The translations under genes were made by a program, and so were the position numbers. Source: Chiloscyllium plagiosum (lineage: Eukaryota). Taken from it: a stretch of DNA of 64,000 bases. The notes beneath the pieces are model-generated. The model made no database searches. It was not told the origin of the DNA and saw only the letters and a list, made by a program, of their open reading frames with translations. Positions 12,036 to 26,100 of this stretch are shown here, one piece after another (position 1 is the stretch's first letter; each line of letters starts with the position of its first letter). The stretch lies in contig NC_057718.1 of the NCBI RefSeq assembly GCF_004010195.1, positions 55,420,422 through 55,484,421 on the forward strand. The letters run 5' to 3'.

Positions 12036-14459
12036 AGCTATAATGATATTTGAGTGGATAGTTTTGACATAAATTACGACAGAAGCTGAGCCACCTCCGT
12101 TCAGTGCTGCATAATAGTTGGATCCATAAGTGTATTATTGACTTGGCAATGTTGGAAATGCTGAATGAGCTCTTGGCAAAGTACTGTGCCAAATTGGCAT
12201 TGGACTCCTTACTCCCTGATGTAGATCACAGACTTTCTAGAAGACTGTTGTTGAGTCTATTGGGCACCAGTTCCTCTTTTGAGAAGAAACTATCCTTATG
12301 GACTTCTCACAATTAATTCTTAACTAACCTATTTATTTCAAAGGTTCAAGTTTGGTTCTCTAATTTCTTGATTATATACTGAGATAGCATAATAAGCTAT
12401 TAGAACTGTTAATATCAAACTTTGAACAACAACTAAATATAAGGCCAGCATCTTCAACCAAAAGGTCTGACTGACATTATAAACCAGATCATAGGGACTC
12501 TTGTGGTGCAGTGGTAGTGTGCCTAAATTTAAATTGATTTGTCCCCTTAAACTTCAATTAAATTTCCTGTTGTGTTCCTGTACTATCAACTTGTATCAGT
12601 CCTAGTTTCAGAATTTCAAAGCTAATTATGTCCAGGCTTGGTGGTTTTAAACGGTATTTGTATATTGGATTCACAAGTAATTGCCATCAGTTCAGGGATC
12701 CCCATTCTCAAAGCACTTTGTTTCAGCATTTTGGTTCTGTTTGGGTTGAAGAAGCCCAAAGTGTTATAACACCCAAATGTGTGTGTAAATTCAGAAATCC
12801 AAAGCCTAGTCCTGTCCAAAATCTCTTATCTGCTGACACAAACGTGCAGAAAGATTTAAAAGCTATCAGCAGAAAAGTTAATTCTCTGCTAGTTTGAGAA
12901 GGGGCAAAGTCCAAGTCACCAGGTGATATCATGTCATATCTGTTTTAGGTGTTTTCTCACTCTTATGTTTTGTGGGTTTTTTCTTCCTAGAAACTAGAAT
13001 AAATACTTGAATGATTGCCAAATTTCCACTTAACAGTACATTTTTAGAACACACTTTTCACTGCACAGATTTTTTAAAAAATTAAAATTGAAGAGTAAAG
13101 TTAACACTACTTTTAAACATTTGTCTCAACTTTTGGATTCTTTCTGAAATAAATTTTGAGTTGGTGGTGCTTGTGGACTCTTTCCCCCGTTGTAGTCCTG
13201 ATTTTCATTGAATTATAAAATATTCTCTCATTGTAACAGTCATGAGAATTCCGTGTGAATCTAATCCAATTTTCACTTTAGCCTTGGCTGGGGAAAGGGA
13301 CTTTTGGAGAGTCTTAAATCTCTTGCTTAACTGTCCCTAAGGGTCCTTCACCCACCTATTCCTGCTCCTGAGTGATGTTATACACCAGGTCTGTACACAC
13401 CTCACTGCACAGAGACAAGTTGTTTTGTGAGGTAGCAAGTGCAGTCTGTTCACAGATTTCTGCTTGACATGTTTTGGTTTTAGTTAAATCAAAGGAAAAG
13501 TCAGTTTCATTATTAGTTTCAAAGTCGATTGCAGTTGTAATGCTGGATCTAACTGCAGTGTTTTTTCTCATGTCATACATTGGCGACATAGCATTTCTGT
13601 GAACAATCAATTTTACTGCACAGCATGTTTTACCAATTTCCACAACTTTTTATTTTCCTCATCCAACTTTAAAGCCCATAATGGTGCTCCATCGGTTAAC
13701 TCATTCCGGACTGTTTCTAGGAGACACTGGTAAATACTGTTGTATATTTCTAAATTCTCCAGTACAGCTTCCACTACTGATGATTCTACCTATCCCATTA
13801 AACTGGTAGTCACATTTTAAGTTACTCCAGTATCATAGTGATTTCCTGTTTTAATTTAAGAACTGCTCAGCATGTGTTTAACTGCATCTAAAACTTCCTA
13901 GCTTCTCAAACTTAAAGACAATTAAATTTTGACTTCTGTGACATCCAACTTCTGGCACCACTGTTGATTTTAGGGATTTATGAAATAGTCACGTAATAAT
14001 AAGCAGTCAACAATTTACGGGAATTTTCTGATAGTTTGTTAAGTTTAGAAATGATAAATTTTTTAATTAGGTAATGAATACAACCATGACAATTGAGGAA
14101 GGTTCACTGATAGCAGAGGATAAACAGGTTGTTGGTGTGGAATGTGTTGGTCTTGTTACATTGTGTTAACATTGTATACTCTTTAGCCATGGTTTTAGGG
14201 AGCTTTTCCCCATGTCATCATCTTATGTCCTTCTACCATCTGGAGAAGTCAGCTCTCTGAGGACTATCCATGAGGACTGCTACCTACAAGGACTGCCTGA
14301 TGAGGACTGTCCTCTGCCCCTGAGCACATAATGATACATTCCATTTCTAGCAGGCTGATAGTTTATATTGTGTCAATCTGAATAGTTTTGGCCAGTGACC
14401 ATGGACAGCTACTCATGATGTTGGAAGGGCATTGTCCCCTTTCCCGCCTCCATTTGAAT

Positions 14460-16245
14460 GTAAGAACGAAGAGCAGGAGTCGGCCATCCGGCTCTTAGAG
14501 CCTGCTCCACCACTCAATAAGATCATGGCTAAATTTTTCATGGACTCAACTCCACTTGCCTGTATTTTCATCATATCCTTTAATTCCTTTATTTTTCAAA
14601 GAAGTATCTACCTTAGCTTTAAAAGCGATTATGGAAGTAGCATCAATTACGTCCCTGGGCAAGGAATTCCATAGACTAACAACCCTCCAGGTGAAGAATT
14701 TCCTTCTCAGTTCATGTCTAAACCTGCTCCCTCTAATCTTGAGGCCATGTCCTCTTGTCCTAGTTTCACCTGCCAGTGGAAGCATCTTATCTATTTCTAT
14801 TTTATTGATTCCCTTCATAATTTTATGTTTCTATAAGATCCCCCTCATTCTTCTGAATTCCAATGAATATAATCCCAATCTACTCAGTCTCTCCTCATTA
14901 GCCAACTCCCTCAACTCCGGAACAAACCAAGTGAACCTCCTCTGCACCCCCTCCAGCACCAGTACATCCTTTCTTAAGTAAGGATACCAAATATGTGAAC
15001 ACTACTCCAGGTGCAGCACTTTGTACAGTTGTAACATTACCTCTCTGCTTTTAAACTCAACCCCTTTAGTAATGAAGGACAAAATTCCATTTGCCTTCCT
15101 AATTATTTGTTGTATTTGCACACCAACCTTCTGTGATTCATGCACCAGGACACCCAGGTCCCTCTGCAAATCAGTATGAATGAAACTTTTTACCATTCCA
15201 GTAATAATCTATTTTGCTGTTACTCATACCAAAATGTATGACTTCACATTTATCAACATTGTATTCCATCTGCTAGACCTTTGCCCATTCACTCATTGTA
15301 TCTATGTTCCTCTGCAAATTCCTCTGCATGCTTTGCACTGCCACTCATCTATGTCATTGACAAACTTTGGCACTGTACACATGGTCCCCAACTCCAAATC
15401 ATCTATATAAATTGTAAATAATTGTAGTCCCAACACCACTCCCTGAGGCACACCACTAGTCACTGATTGCTAGCCAGAATAGCACTCATTTATTCCCACT
15501 CTTTGCTTCCTATCAGTCACCCAATCCTCTATCCACGCTAATACTCTATCCCTAATACAATGCATCTTATGCAGCAGCCTCATGTGCAGCATTTTGTCAA
15601 AGGCCTTTTGGAAATCTAGGTATACCACATCCACTGGGTCCCCGTTGTTCACCTTGCTTGAAATACCTTCATAGAATTCCAAAAGATTGGTGAAGCATGA
15701 CCTGCCCTTAATGAACCCATGCTGCGTTTGTACAATGGGGCAATTTCTTTCGAGATGCCCTGCTATTTCTTCCTTGATAATAGACTCCAGCATCTTCCCC
15801 ACTACAGAGATTAAGCTCTCTGGTCTATAATTGCCCATCTTTTGCCTACTTCCCTTTTAAACAGTGGCATCATATTTGCTACTTTCCAATCTGCTGGGAC
15901 TGCCCCAGAGTCCAGCGAAGTTTGGGAAATTACCGCCAATCCACCTGCTATTTCTCCCACCATCTCTTTTAGTACTTTGGGATGTATTCCATCAGGGCTA
16001 GGAGACTTGTCTATCCTTAGCTCCATTAGCTTACCCAACACTAGCTCTTCCGTAATAATAATTGTTTCCAGGTCCTCACCTACCTTCATCTCTTTGTCAC
16101 TTACTGGCATGTTATTAGTATTCTCCTTGTGAAGAACGATGCAAAGTACCTGTTCAACACCTCAGCCATTTCATCATATCCCATAACTAACTGCTCCTTC
16201 TCATCCTCTAAAGTACCAACATTTACTTTAGCCTCTCTTCTTCAT
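14460..16245 (-). mobile_element. CR1 LINE, 5'-truncated and decayed
   Basis: KSPSPDGIHPKVLKE, NYRPESLISVVGKMLESIIK, VYLDFQKAFDK, RTRGHGLK on minus strand; 3' tail near 14460. Confidence 0.9.
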
Positions 16246-16309
16246 TGAAGATTAGCTTTCAACGGCAAAACTGTGTGAGAGGTGAATTATGAGGTGGATG
16301 AAGAGATGT

Positions 16310-17100
16310 TTGATTGTGATTTGGATAAATTGAATGAGTAGCCATTTGTTTGGCAGATGAAGTATAAGGTGCATAAATGTGATATAATCCAGTTTAGTAA
16401 CAAAAACAAGAAGGAGGATTATTATCTGAATGGCAAATGTATCAGTTACTGAAAGTAAGCATGCAGGTGCAGCAGGTGATGAGGAAAGTAGAAGTTACGC
16501 TGGTCTTCATCGCCAGAGGATTTTAGTGCAGGAGCAGGGATATCTTGCAGCAATTGTACAAGGCTTTGATGAGACTACCCCTGGTGTATTGTATTCAGTT
16601 TTGGCCTCGTTATCTGAGGAAGGATGTTCCGGCTTTTGAGGGAGTGCATCGAATGCACCAGTCTGATTCCTGGGATGTCAGGACTGACCTATGAAGAGAG
16701 ATTAGACTATTAGGACTATATTCACTGGAGTTTAGAAGATTGAGGAGGAGATTCTTATAAAATCTGAACAGGACTAGACAGGGTAAACACAGGAAGGATT
16801 TTCCTAATGACTGAGGAGTCCAGAACCGGGGTCACAGTCTAAGGGTAAGGACTAGGCCATGTAGGACTGAGGTGAGGAGAAATTTCTTCATCCAGAGAGT
16901 GAATTCTTTGCCACAGAGAGCAGATGAGGCCAAATCATTGAATGTTTTCAAGAAGGAGTTAGATATGTTTTTTTAGGACTAAAGAAATCAAATGATCTGA
17001 AGCAAAAGCAGGAACAGGATACTGAGTAGGATGATCAACCATGATATTGTTTTGTGGAACACACTTGAATGGCCGAATGACCTACTCCTGTTCCTTTTTT
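16310..17100 (+). mobile_element. CR1 LINE 3' fragment
   Basis: WQMKYK..KC, LGLYSLEFRRLR, SRTGVTV motifs; tail ggccgaatgacctactcctgttcct. Confidence 0.85.
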
Positions 17101-18104
17101 TTTGTATATCTATCCTTTTTCAGAACAAAATCTTACTTTTGAAAATATTGCACTCATAATAAATGTGGTGCCTGATAAATCTTTCGTTTATCCTTGTGGA
17201 AGGCTAATTACTATTGTATCACAGTTAAGTGAGATCATATGCTACACAGGAAATACTGAATATGAAATACAGAAAGCGTATTATTTTGAAGGACACCCTA
17301 TTTCCAACACCTTCTAAAACACAGTGCATTTTTTTCTATATCCCATTAACCATTTTCTGTAATCTGCCACATTGAAATGCTGCCTGAGGGTTTTGCAAGA
17401 GAATCTAATTGCAATCACTCCCTCCTGTGAGCTGACACCTATAATACTTTTGTCCTCTGTCCTGGCTGCACTCATGATCAGTATCTCACCATATCCACTT
17501 CTGAACTGTGCTCTTAAATTATGCACAGCATTTGTTATCTGAGCTGGCAGCTTGGATGTCAGATTGGGTGACAGTACCAATGAAAAAACACTATCTTGAT
17601 GTTGCAAACACTGCCTGGCCAGATTGAAGTTCTTTTGGGAGTAAGAAGAAAAGGGACAAGAGTTGTGTTGAGATGTGAGAGGGGAAGAGTAACAAGAGGT
17701 GCATGCTCACCATTTGGAAGAGGGAAAGTGAGATGTGACAAGGAGTTTTATATTGTTGCCATCTATTGTTTCAGCCCTGCAGTGGCTGCTCCCATGATTT
17801 GGCAAGCACTATCTCCTACATGAACATAAGGATGTTGAGCCACATTTATTCCTCACCTGTTCGTGCTTGCTGCCTCAGGTTGTGTAATTCCTTGACTCTA
17901 AACAGCGAAAATGTGTTAGTGTGGTGCAATGCACCTTAGTGATGTGACTGTTATAGCCAATAATAACTGTACAGATAGTTCTCCTGTAATGCTTGTTTAT
18001 TCAACATGGTTTGTCTGTAACGCAATTTGTGAATTGCCGATGTTTTTAAAGCAAACTCCCATTCGCTGTTACGCAATTCTCATCCCCGGCACTAGGTGTT
18101 TATG

Positions 18105-18208
18105 ATTAGATTAGATTAGATTACTTACAGTGTGGAAACAGGCCCTTTGGCCCAACAAGTCCACACCGACCCTCTGAAGAGAAACCCACCCAGACCCATT
18201 CCCCTACA
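18105..18208 (-). mobile_element. 3' fragment of HE1-like SINE
   Basis: Reverse complement of the SINE tail with (GATTA)n. Confidence 0.8.
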
Positions 18209-19597
18209 GTGTGGTGGTACACTGAGGACTGGACTCTGTGTCAGCATCACATGATCAGTAGGCATGTGTGCTTTCTCTTGAAAAGCTTGGTAAAAGATAT
18301 TATGAAATGTTTGTGTAAGTGGACTTGGAAAAGCATCGTGAAAATGTCTGTACAACCTGAAGACATGAAGCTAGGAGCAGTCTGTTAATTTAAAGAATTG
18401 AGATAAGAGTGAAATTTCACTGGAATTGACTAACAGTTAAAGGGCTGTTGAGGAGCAGTTTGAAACTTGGCTTTGTTGTTTATATTAAGAGCTTTTTTCC
18501 TCTCTTTTTAGATGTTAAAGAATATCTGCAGACTTGTGTGAATTTGTTTCAGTGACTAATTGCTCTGGCAACCAACTACAAAAAAACTAGTACAGGGTCT
18601 TAGACATGGTCAGTCAGGTGCTCAGGGTGGTCAGAGTCAGGAAACTCTGCACATAGTGGGTGAGGGAGAGAAAAATAGGTGACATACTGTTACTTTTGGT
18701 GCATGTGTGCAAATGTCCTGAGGGATTGGGTAGGCCATGCAGAAGAAATTCAGGGTCAGTCAGAGTCAGATGTTAAAGAGGATGAGAGTGAGGGGGAAGA
18801 TGTTGCAGGAAATCGTGACTATAGTAGCAGAGATAGAGAGAGTGAGTATGAGGTACCATTGAGAAGATGATGGCACTTTCACTGGCAGAGTGGAGAAGGT
18901 TAGTGATCATCCTCCTACATTCTGTGCATTCCCTTACATAGTTGAATCTGCATTGTCTGGATGATAACCCTGGTCCAGGTTGGCGTGGTTCCAGTAGAAT
19001 GAAGTCCTCTGGCCTAGGAGAAAAGGACATCCTGCCTCTGCATCACCCCATCCCCATCAGCAGCATCTCCATGTTCCTGCCCACAAAAAGAGACACCAAT
19101 TTTCCATTGACTGCTATGTCCAGGGCTAATGTCAGGGACCATGCAGGGCAGCTCTGGCCTGACAGGTCTTATCTGGGTGCACAATATCTTTTTTTAAAAT
19201 GGTGCTGCACCACGGATGTTGGTCAATTCTGGGATATCCAGGAGGTGGTGAGTTGTTTTGGAAATGGCACACGGTATGATGGTGCTAAACGATGTAAGAG
19301 GGGTGCCAAAGGGTGGGGTAGATAATAAATCAGGCAGGTTTTGTAAAATAAGGTGATGGACGTCCCCAAACGTCACAGTGTGAAACTCTCCAAAAAAAAT
19401 AACAAAACTGACACTTAGAAAAAGAAATTTAAGGTTCGGTCCTTGATCTAAGGCAGGTTTCATTCTGGGATCTGACTTGTGCAGTGTTACCATTGGATGG
19501 AATCAGAAGACTGGCTAGAATGTAGTGCAGCCAGCAGATGTAGATGTCAATCAAGAGAAATCAGTTGAAGATTCTGATGAATTGCACCATACAGTAC

Positions 19598-19822
19598 TAG
19601 GCAAAAGTGAGGACTGCAGATACTGGAAATCAGAGTCTAGATTAGAATGGTGCTGGAAAAGCACAGCAGGTCAGGCAGCATCCAAGGGGCAGGAAAATCA
19701 ACGTTTCGGGCAAAAGCCCTTCATCAGGAAGGGCTGATGAAGGGTTTTTGCCCAAAGCGTAAATTTTCCTGCTCCTCTGATGCTGCCTGACCTGCTGTGC
19801 TTTTCTAGGACCATTCTAAACT
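19598..19822. mobile_element. Palindromic short Penelope-derived element (two inverted hammerhead units)
   Basis: Inverted arms around about 19730; TSD atacagtac at 19589-19597 and 19823-19831. Confidence 0.8.
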
Positions 19823-20489
19823 ATACAGTACCATACAACAGGTCAGCTACAACAGATCAAAATTTGCTTAGAGGCTACATTTTATCATTATTTTATCTTT
19901 TTTCCATGTCATTGTGAATTCTATAATGACTTCTAGCACAACCTCCAGCCACAATACACCCTTTTAAGTATAAGCCTTTAAGTACTGCAGTCTATAAGTG
20001 GTGGTAGCCTTTTTCATGTTGTGCTCCCTGTTAAAGCATACAGGCACTCAGCAGCAAACTTGGTGCTGGCTGCACAATGCCACTGTTTAATAAAGCAGGC
20101 AACATTAAGTTTGCTTCTTGCCTATCTCGAGCAGTGGATGTAAGTTAATCACACACCACAAGTCCCATGCCAATTTTCAAAGCTAAATGTTTTTAAATAG
20201 ATGGTTGGACCAGGCACTGCAGTAGGTATCAGCTTCTTGTTCACAGGGCCTAATGTTTCATTTTAAAAATTAATTCCTAGAATGTGTGCTAAGTTTCCGT
20301 GTATTTTGTATTTTCCTTTTTCTTTCACATTACCCAGCTTTTATAACACATCAGGATGAGCCCTTCAAATACCAGGGGATAGGTGGCTATAGACCCAAGT
20401 GCAGATAAATGGGATTTGTGTAGTTTGGAGTTTATTGGTCAGCAATGATATGGTGGGCCAGAGACCCTTTTCTATGTTGTATTTCTCTC

Positions 20490-20582
20490 TGTCAGGCAAG
20501 CAGGAGGCTGGAAGAACACAGCAAGTCAGGCAGCATCAGGAGGTGGAGAAATCAATGTTTCTGGTGTAACCCTTCTTCAGGT
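20490..20582 (-). mobile_element. Penelope pLTR fragment with degenerate hammerhead
   Basis: Minus strand CTGAAGAagggttacaccaGAAACATT. Confidence 0.65.
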
Positions 20583-20589
20583 GGTGAAG

Positions 20590-22375
20590 CAGATCTGGCA
20601 GCATCTGTGGAGAGCAATCAGAGTTAATGTTTCAGGTTCAGTGACTCTTCCTCAGAACTGATGTTAGTTAGGAGAAAGTTGTTTTCTTATGCAGAAGGTT
20701 GGGTGGTGGGGAGGGGTTAAGGAGTAACCGATAGGTAGAAATAGAGCCCAAAGAGAAGGAAGAACAGTTGGACAGACAAAGGAGTCGATAACGATCAGCC
20801 TGTAAGAATGAATATCTAGTAGTGGACAATTAGATGGGTGGTGTGTAATAGCAGACAGTGTAATAACAAGGCCTGATTAATGGGGGTGGGCTAAGGACAT
20901 GGGAGAAGGTGTCTCAAGCCTTAAAATTGTTGAAGTCAGTATCGAGTCCAAAGTCTGTAGAGTTCCTAAGCAGAAAATGAGGTGCTGTTCTTCTAGCTGG
21001 TGCTGAGTTTCGCTGCTGTACTCTAGCAAGCCTGAGACAGAGATGCTGGCCAGGGAACAAGGTGGTTTGTTGAAATGGCAGGCAACTGGAAGCTCAGGGT
21101 CCTTTGTGCAGACAGAATGTAGGTGTTCTGCGAAGTGGTGACCCAGTCTACACTTTGTTTCACCAATGTGGCGAAGACTACATTGTGAACTGCGAATGCA
21201 GTAGACTAAATTGAGTGAAGTGCAGGTAAAGCGCTGCATCACCTGGAAGGTGTATATGGATCCTTGGATACTGCAGAGGGAGGAATTGAACGGCAGGTGT
21301 TACACTTCCTGTGGTTGCAAGGCAAGATGCCTTGGGGTTATGACAGGATGTTCAGAGTGAAGGAGGAGTGAATCAAGGAACGGTCCTTGCGGAAGGCTAA
21401 CAGGGAAGGGGAATATATGTCTGGAGGCGGCATCTGACTGGAAGTGGCAGCTAAAGATCCTCTGGTGGGATGGTAGGTGAGGTCAAGGGAATCCTATCAC
21501 TGTTATGGGAGGAAAGAGAGAGTTTGAGAGCTGAGGTGTGGGAGATGGGTCAGATCCAGGTGAGGACCCTATCACCTATGGCACTGGGGAATCCTTGGTT
21601 TCAGGAAGAAGTTGAAAGGCCCCCTTGTCAAAGTTAGAATAATTAGAACAGATGCAATGGAGACTGAGGAACTGGAAGGATGGAATAGAGTCTTTACAGG
21701 AGCAGGATGTATTGTCAATTTACTGGGAGTTGGTTTATAGTGCGTATTAGTGGCAAGCTTATCCTCAGAAATGGAAGTAGAGATGTCAAAGATCATCTCT
21801 GACTCTTCCCTTCCCTTCCTTGACACATCTGCCACTTCAACATACCGCCATGTTCCCTGGCCAACATCTCTGTTTCAGGCTTGCTGCAGCTCAGTACAAG
21901 CTGGAAGAACAGCACTTCATTTTCAGCTTTGGAACTCTGTAGTCTTCTGAGCTCAATATTGAATTCAACAGTTTTTGGATTTGAGGCACCTTCTCCCATG
22001 TCTTTACCCCAACGCCCACATACAAGGCTTTGTTATCACACTTTCTGCTTTTACATGCCACCCATCATTAGCCATTAATTGTCCTCTGACAGCTACTCAT
22101 TCTCCCAGGTTGATCATTATTGATTCCTTTGTCTGTTCATCTTTTTTTCTCTCTCTTTTGGTTCTCTCTCCACCTATCATTTACTCCTTCCCCCTACCCT
22201 GTTTTCTGCATAAAAGCCAACTTTTTCCTAGCTAACATCAGTTCTGAGGAAGGGTCACTGAACCTGAAACGTCAACTGATTTCTCTCCACAGATGCTGTC
22301 AGACCTCCTCAGCCTCTGCAGCAATTTCTGATTTTGTTTTTGATTTCCAGCATCCACAGTTCTTTCAGGTTTTTG
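20590..22375 (-). mobile_element. Penelope-like retroelement (RT C-terminus + GIY-YIG endonuclease) with inverted 3' copy
   Basis: Minus ORFs FDISTSISEDKLATNTHYKPT and FTCTSLNLVYCIRSSQCSLRHIGETKCRLGHHFAEH; about 21830-22330 is an inverted copy of about 20590-21085. Confidence 0.9.
22237..22280 (+). ncRNA. Minimal type I hammerhead ribozyme motif
   Basis: atcagtt CTGAGGA agggtc-actg-aacct GAAAC GTC aactgat: perfect 7-bp stem I, intact core, GUC triplet; stem II has one mismatch. Confidence 0.8.
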
Positions 22376-22417
22376 TATTAGGGAAACGTGATTTCAGAGC
22401 TACAGTCCCATATCCAG

Positions 22418-22735
22418 GGGCAGCACGGTGGCACAGTGGTTAGCACTGTTGCCTCACAGCACCAGAGACCGGGTTCAATTCCCACCTCAGGCAACGGTCT
22501 GTGGGAGTTTGCACATTCTCCCTGTGTCTGCATGGATTTTCTCCGGACGCTCTGGTTTCCTCCCACAGTCCAAAAATGTGGAGGTTAGATGAATTGGCCA
22601 TGCTAAATTGCCCGTAGTGTTAGGTGAAGGGGTAAATGTAGGGGAATGGGTCTGGGTGGGTTGCTCTTTGGATGATCGGTGTGGACATGTTGGGCCGAAG
22701 GGCCTGTTTCCACACTGTAAGTAATCTAATCTAAT
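22418..22735 (+). mobile_element. HE1-like V-SINE, full length
   Basis: Same structure as 5582-5904. Confidence 0.9.
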
Positions 22736-23189
22736 AATGTTCTATCGATTATATGTAATGGGTGCATAGATGGGTATGACAAGGTGATTAAAGAAAGGTG
22801 GTCCTTTTAATTCCAACTCACTTCAACAGCAGTTTCTGCATCTGGTCCTTGGGATAAGGGATTCAGAGTCAATCAAGTGTCAGCATACTTTAGCTGTGAT
22901 CAATGTTGAGGGTCTCGATGTCTCAAAGTTTGATCAGGCTGTATTCATCCACTGCTTCCATTATCCCCGTGCTCATGTTGCCCACCAGATTTTAGTATAT
23001 CTGAGTGTTAGACTCTAGGTAGAAGAGGTATATGACAGCAGTGTTGATGTGACAAGCCTGTGCTTCTGGTGCTACAGGTCAAACTCAGGAATGATGATGA
23101 TGGTGTCTGAGATGTTGTCATACTCATGGAATTATACCTTACTATGTCAGGTTGTTGCTTCACAGATCTGTGAGACAGTTGTCCCAATT

Positions 23190-26100
23190 AGAACATAAGA
23201 ACTAGGAGCAGCAGTAGGCTATCTGTCCTGCTCCGCCATTTAATGAGACCATGGCTGATCTTTTTGTGGCCTCAAGTCCACTTACTCACGCTCTCGCCAT
23301 AACCTGTAATTCCATTATTGTTCAAAGAATTATCTATCTTAGCTTTAAAAACATTTACAGGGGAACCTCGATTATCCGAACGTGATAGGCGGGCACTATT
23401 TCATTCGGATAATCGATTATTTGGTTAATCGATTAAATCCCTTTCCTCTGGGGTTTAGAGTTAAAGTCTTCTCATTCAGGAGACTGCAGCAGCACACAGC
23501 GCATGAGGCCTGGCCCCCCACCCTGTGCAACTCTGACCCTGCCCCCAGCCCTGTCCCCGTGCAACACCACCCCCAACCCTGTCTAACACTGTCCCCCCAC
23601 CCCCAACTCCATCCAGCACCGATCACTGCCCACAACACCACCCGCCAACCCCGTCCAAAACCACTCTCCGCCTGCCCCCCCCAACCCCGTACACACCTGC
23701 CCCCTCTCCGGGACAACTGGACTGGACACCAACAAGACTACTGCAGTTGCCTTTGTGGAGTAAGTCTCCAAATAGCGCGCGTGCGTGCGCACACGCACAC
23801 TTTTTTCCTGCAACTTTTTGACAGGTTCCACCTTTGTCCTGTACAGGACAATTTTGGAGAAGGGGGGGGGGTGTGGGGTTCAGGGTACATCCCTTTCAGA
23901 ACTCCAGGGAAAGTGTGGGGGGAGAGAGAGAGGGCGGGAGGTTAGTCATTTGGAGACTGTGCCTGTTTAATCACTGTAAACAAAAGACGCGATCTCTGTT
24001 GGAAACAAGTCTTTGATGTAATGTTTCCATCGGGACCTCGAGATCTTTTTCGGATAATTGGTATTCAGATAATCGAGGTTCCTCTGTATTGAGGAAGCCT
24101 CAACCTCTTCACTGGACAGAAATTTCCATAGGTTCATAATCCATCTCAATTCAGTCCAAAATCTGTTCCCCCTAATTTTGAGGCTGTGCTCTCTTGTTCT
24201 AGTTTCATCCGCCAGTAGAAATATTCTTTCTTATCTATTCCCTCCATAATTTTATATGTTTCTATAAGATGCCCCCTCATTCTTCTAAATTTCAGTGAAT
24301 ATAATCCTAGTTTACTCAGTCTCTCCTCATAAGCCAACCCCCTCAACTCCAGAATCAATCTAGTGAATCTCCTCTGTACCTCTTCTAATGCCAGTACATC
24401 CTTTCTCAAGTAAGGAGACCAAAACTGCATGCAGTACTCCAGGTGCGGCCTCACCCGCACCTTGTACAGCTGCAACATTACCTCTCTGCTTTTAAACTCG
24501 ATCCTTTTAGCAATGAAGAGCAAAATTCCATTTGCATTCTTATTTACCTGTTGTATATATATATTTATAGAATCTTTTGCTATCTGTCTTTATATTCTGA
24601 GCTAGTTTTTTATTCTCATAACATGTCTTACATTTTTTATAGCTCTTTTTGTGGCTTTCTGTTGACCTCTAAAGCATTCCCAATCTTTTAGTTTCCTGCT
24701 GATCTTGGCCATTTTGTATACCTTCTCTTTCAATTTGATAGCCTCCCTTATTTCCTTAGACATCCATGGCAGATTACCCCTCTTCCTACAGCTCTTCTTT
24801 TTCATTGGTATATACTTTTGCTGAGCATTTTGAAACATTGCTTTGAAATTCTTCTACTGTTCACCATCTGTCTTTGCTTCCAGTCTACTTCAGCCAAATC
24901 CTCCCTCATCCTACTATAGTTCCCTTGTTTAAACACAGGGCCCTGGTATTGGATTTTATCTTCGCACTTTCCATCTGTATTCTGAATTCAACCATACTGT
25001 GATCGCTCATTCCAAGAGGATCATCTCTAACCATCGCCTTGATGTCGTTCTTAAATATCAGAGCTATACCACCTCCCTGTCTGTCCTTCCGAATAGTCCG
25101 ATACCTTGCATATTTAACTCCCAGTCATGACTATCCTGCAAACATGTCTCCATAATGGCTACTAAATCACATTCATTCACGATGATTTGTCATTAACTCA
25201 TCTAACTTGTTACGAATGCTCTGAGCATTCAGGTAAAATACCCTTATGCTAGTTTTTATACCCTGTTTATGAATTCCAACATCTCCAATAACATATCTCC
25301 TTTCTTTCTACTTTCATAGTCTTGCCATGTAGTTCAACACTCCTGCATACAAGTTAACCTGCTACTTTCCTTTTATTTGCCACCATACTCCCTGTTGTTT
25401 TCTCCTTCCCTTTCCTGCGACTCACTAGTTTAAAGCCCTAGTGACTACCTTCTTTATCCTTTTCATTAGAACACTGGTTCCAGATTAGTTCAGGTGGAAA
25501 TCGTCCTATTTCCCCCTACCCCGGTTCCAAAACTGATGCCACTGCCCCATGAAATGGGAACCCTCTTTCCCACACCACTCCCTTAGCCACATGTTTACTT
25601 CCCTAATCTTCTTATCCCTAAGCCAATTTTCACATGGTTCAGGTAGTAATCGGTGATCATAACCCTTGAGGACCCGTTCCTTAATTTTGTTCCTAGTGCT
25701 TGATATTCCCCACATAGCCAAGCCTAGGAAGGAAGATCTATGTTGTTTGTCCTAATGAGAACCACAACAACTGGATCATTGCCCTCCTGTTCCAATATCC
25801 TTTCAAGCCGGTCAGAGGTGTCCTGTACCCTGGTACCGGACAGGTAACGTATCATATGGGACTCACGATCCTACTAACAATGGATACTGTCTATCCCCCT
25901 AATTATAGAATCCCCTACAACTACCACTTGTCTTTTTGCTCTTGAATGGCCTTCTGTGTTGCCATGGGCAGCTGGCTTATCCTCCCTGCAATCCTTTTCC
26001 TCATCCACAAAGGGAGCAAGTACCTCATACCTGTTGGATAAGGTCAAGAGCTGAGGCTCCTCCGTTCCTGAATTCAAGATTCCCCAACTGCCTCAGTTGC

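Noticed and set aside
14259..14312. Four imperfect gaggact(g/a) repeats
   Set aside because: Too short and irregular; probably slippage
17970..18095. Possible Tigger/MER-type end with repeated gtaacgcaatt-like motifs
   Set aside because: No matching second TIR found
18679..19400. Acidic ORF and RYDGAKRCK peptide hinting at a piggyBac transposase remnant
   Set aside because: No TIRs, TTAA duplication or catalytic region recognised; needs a profile search
23382..23945. 187-aa proline-rich ORF
   Set aside because: Lies in the C-rich interior of the MITE, with no transposase motifs
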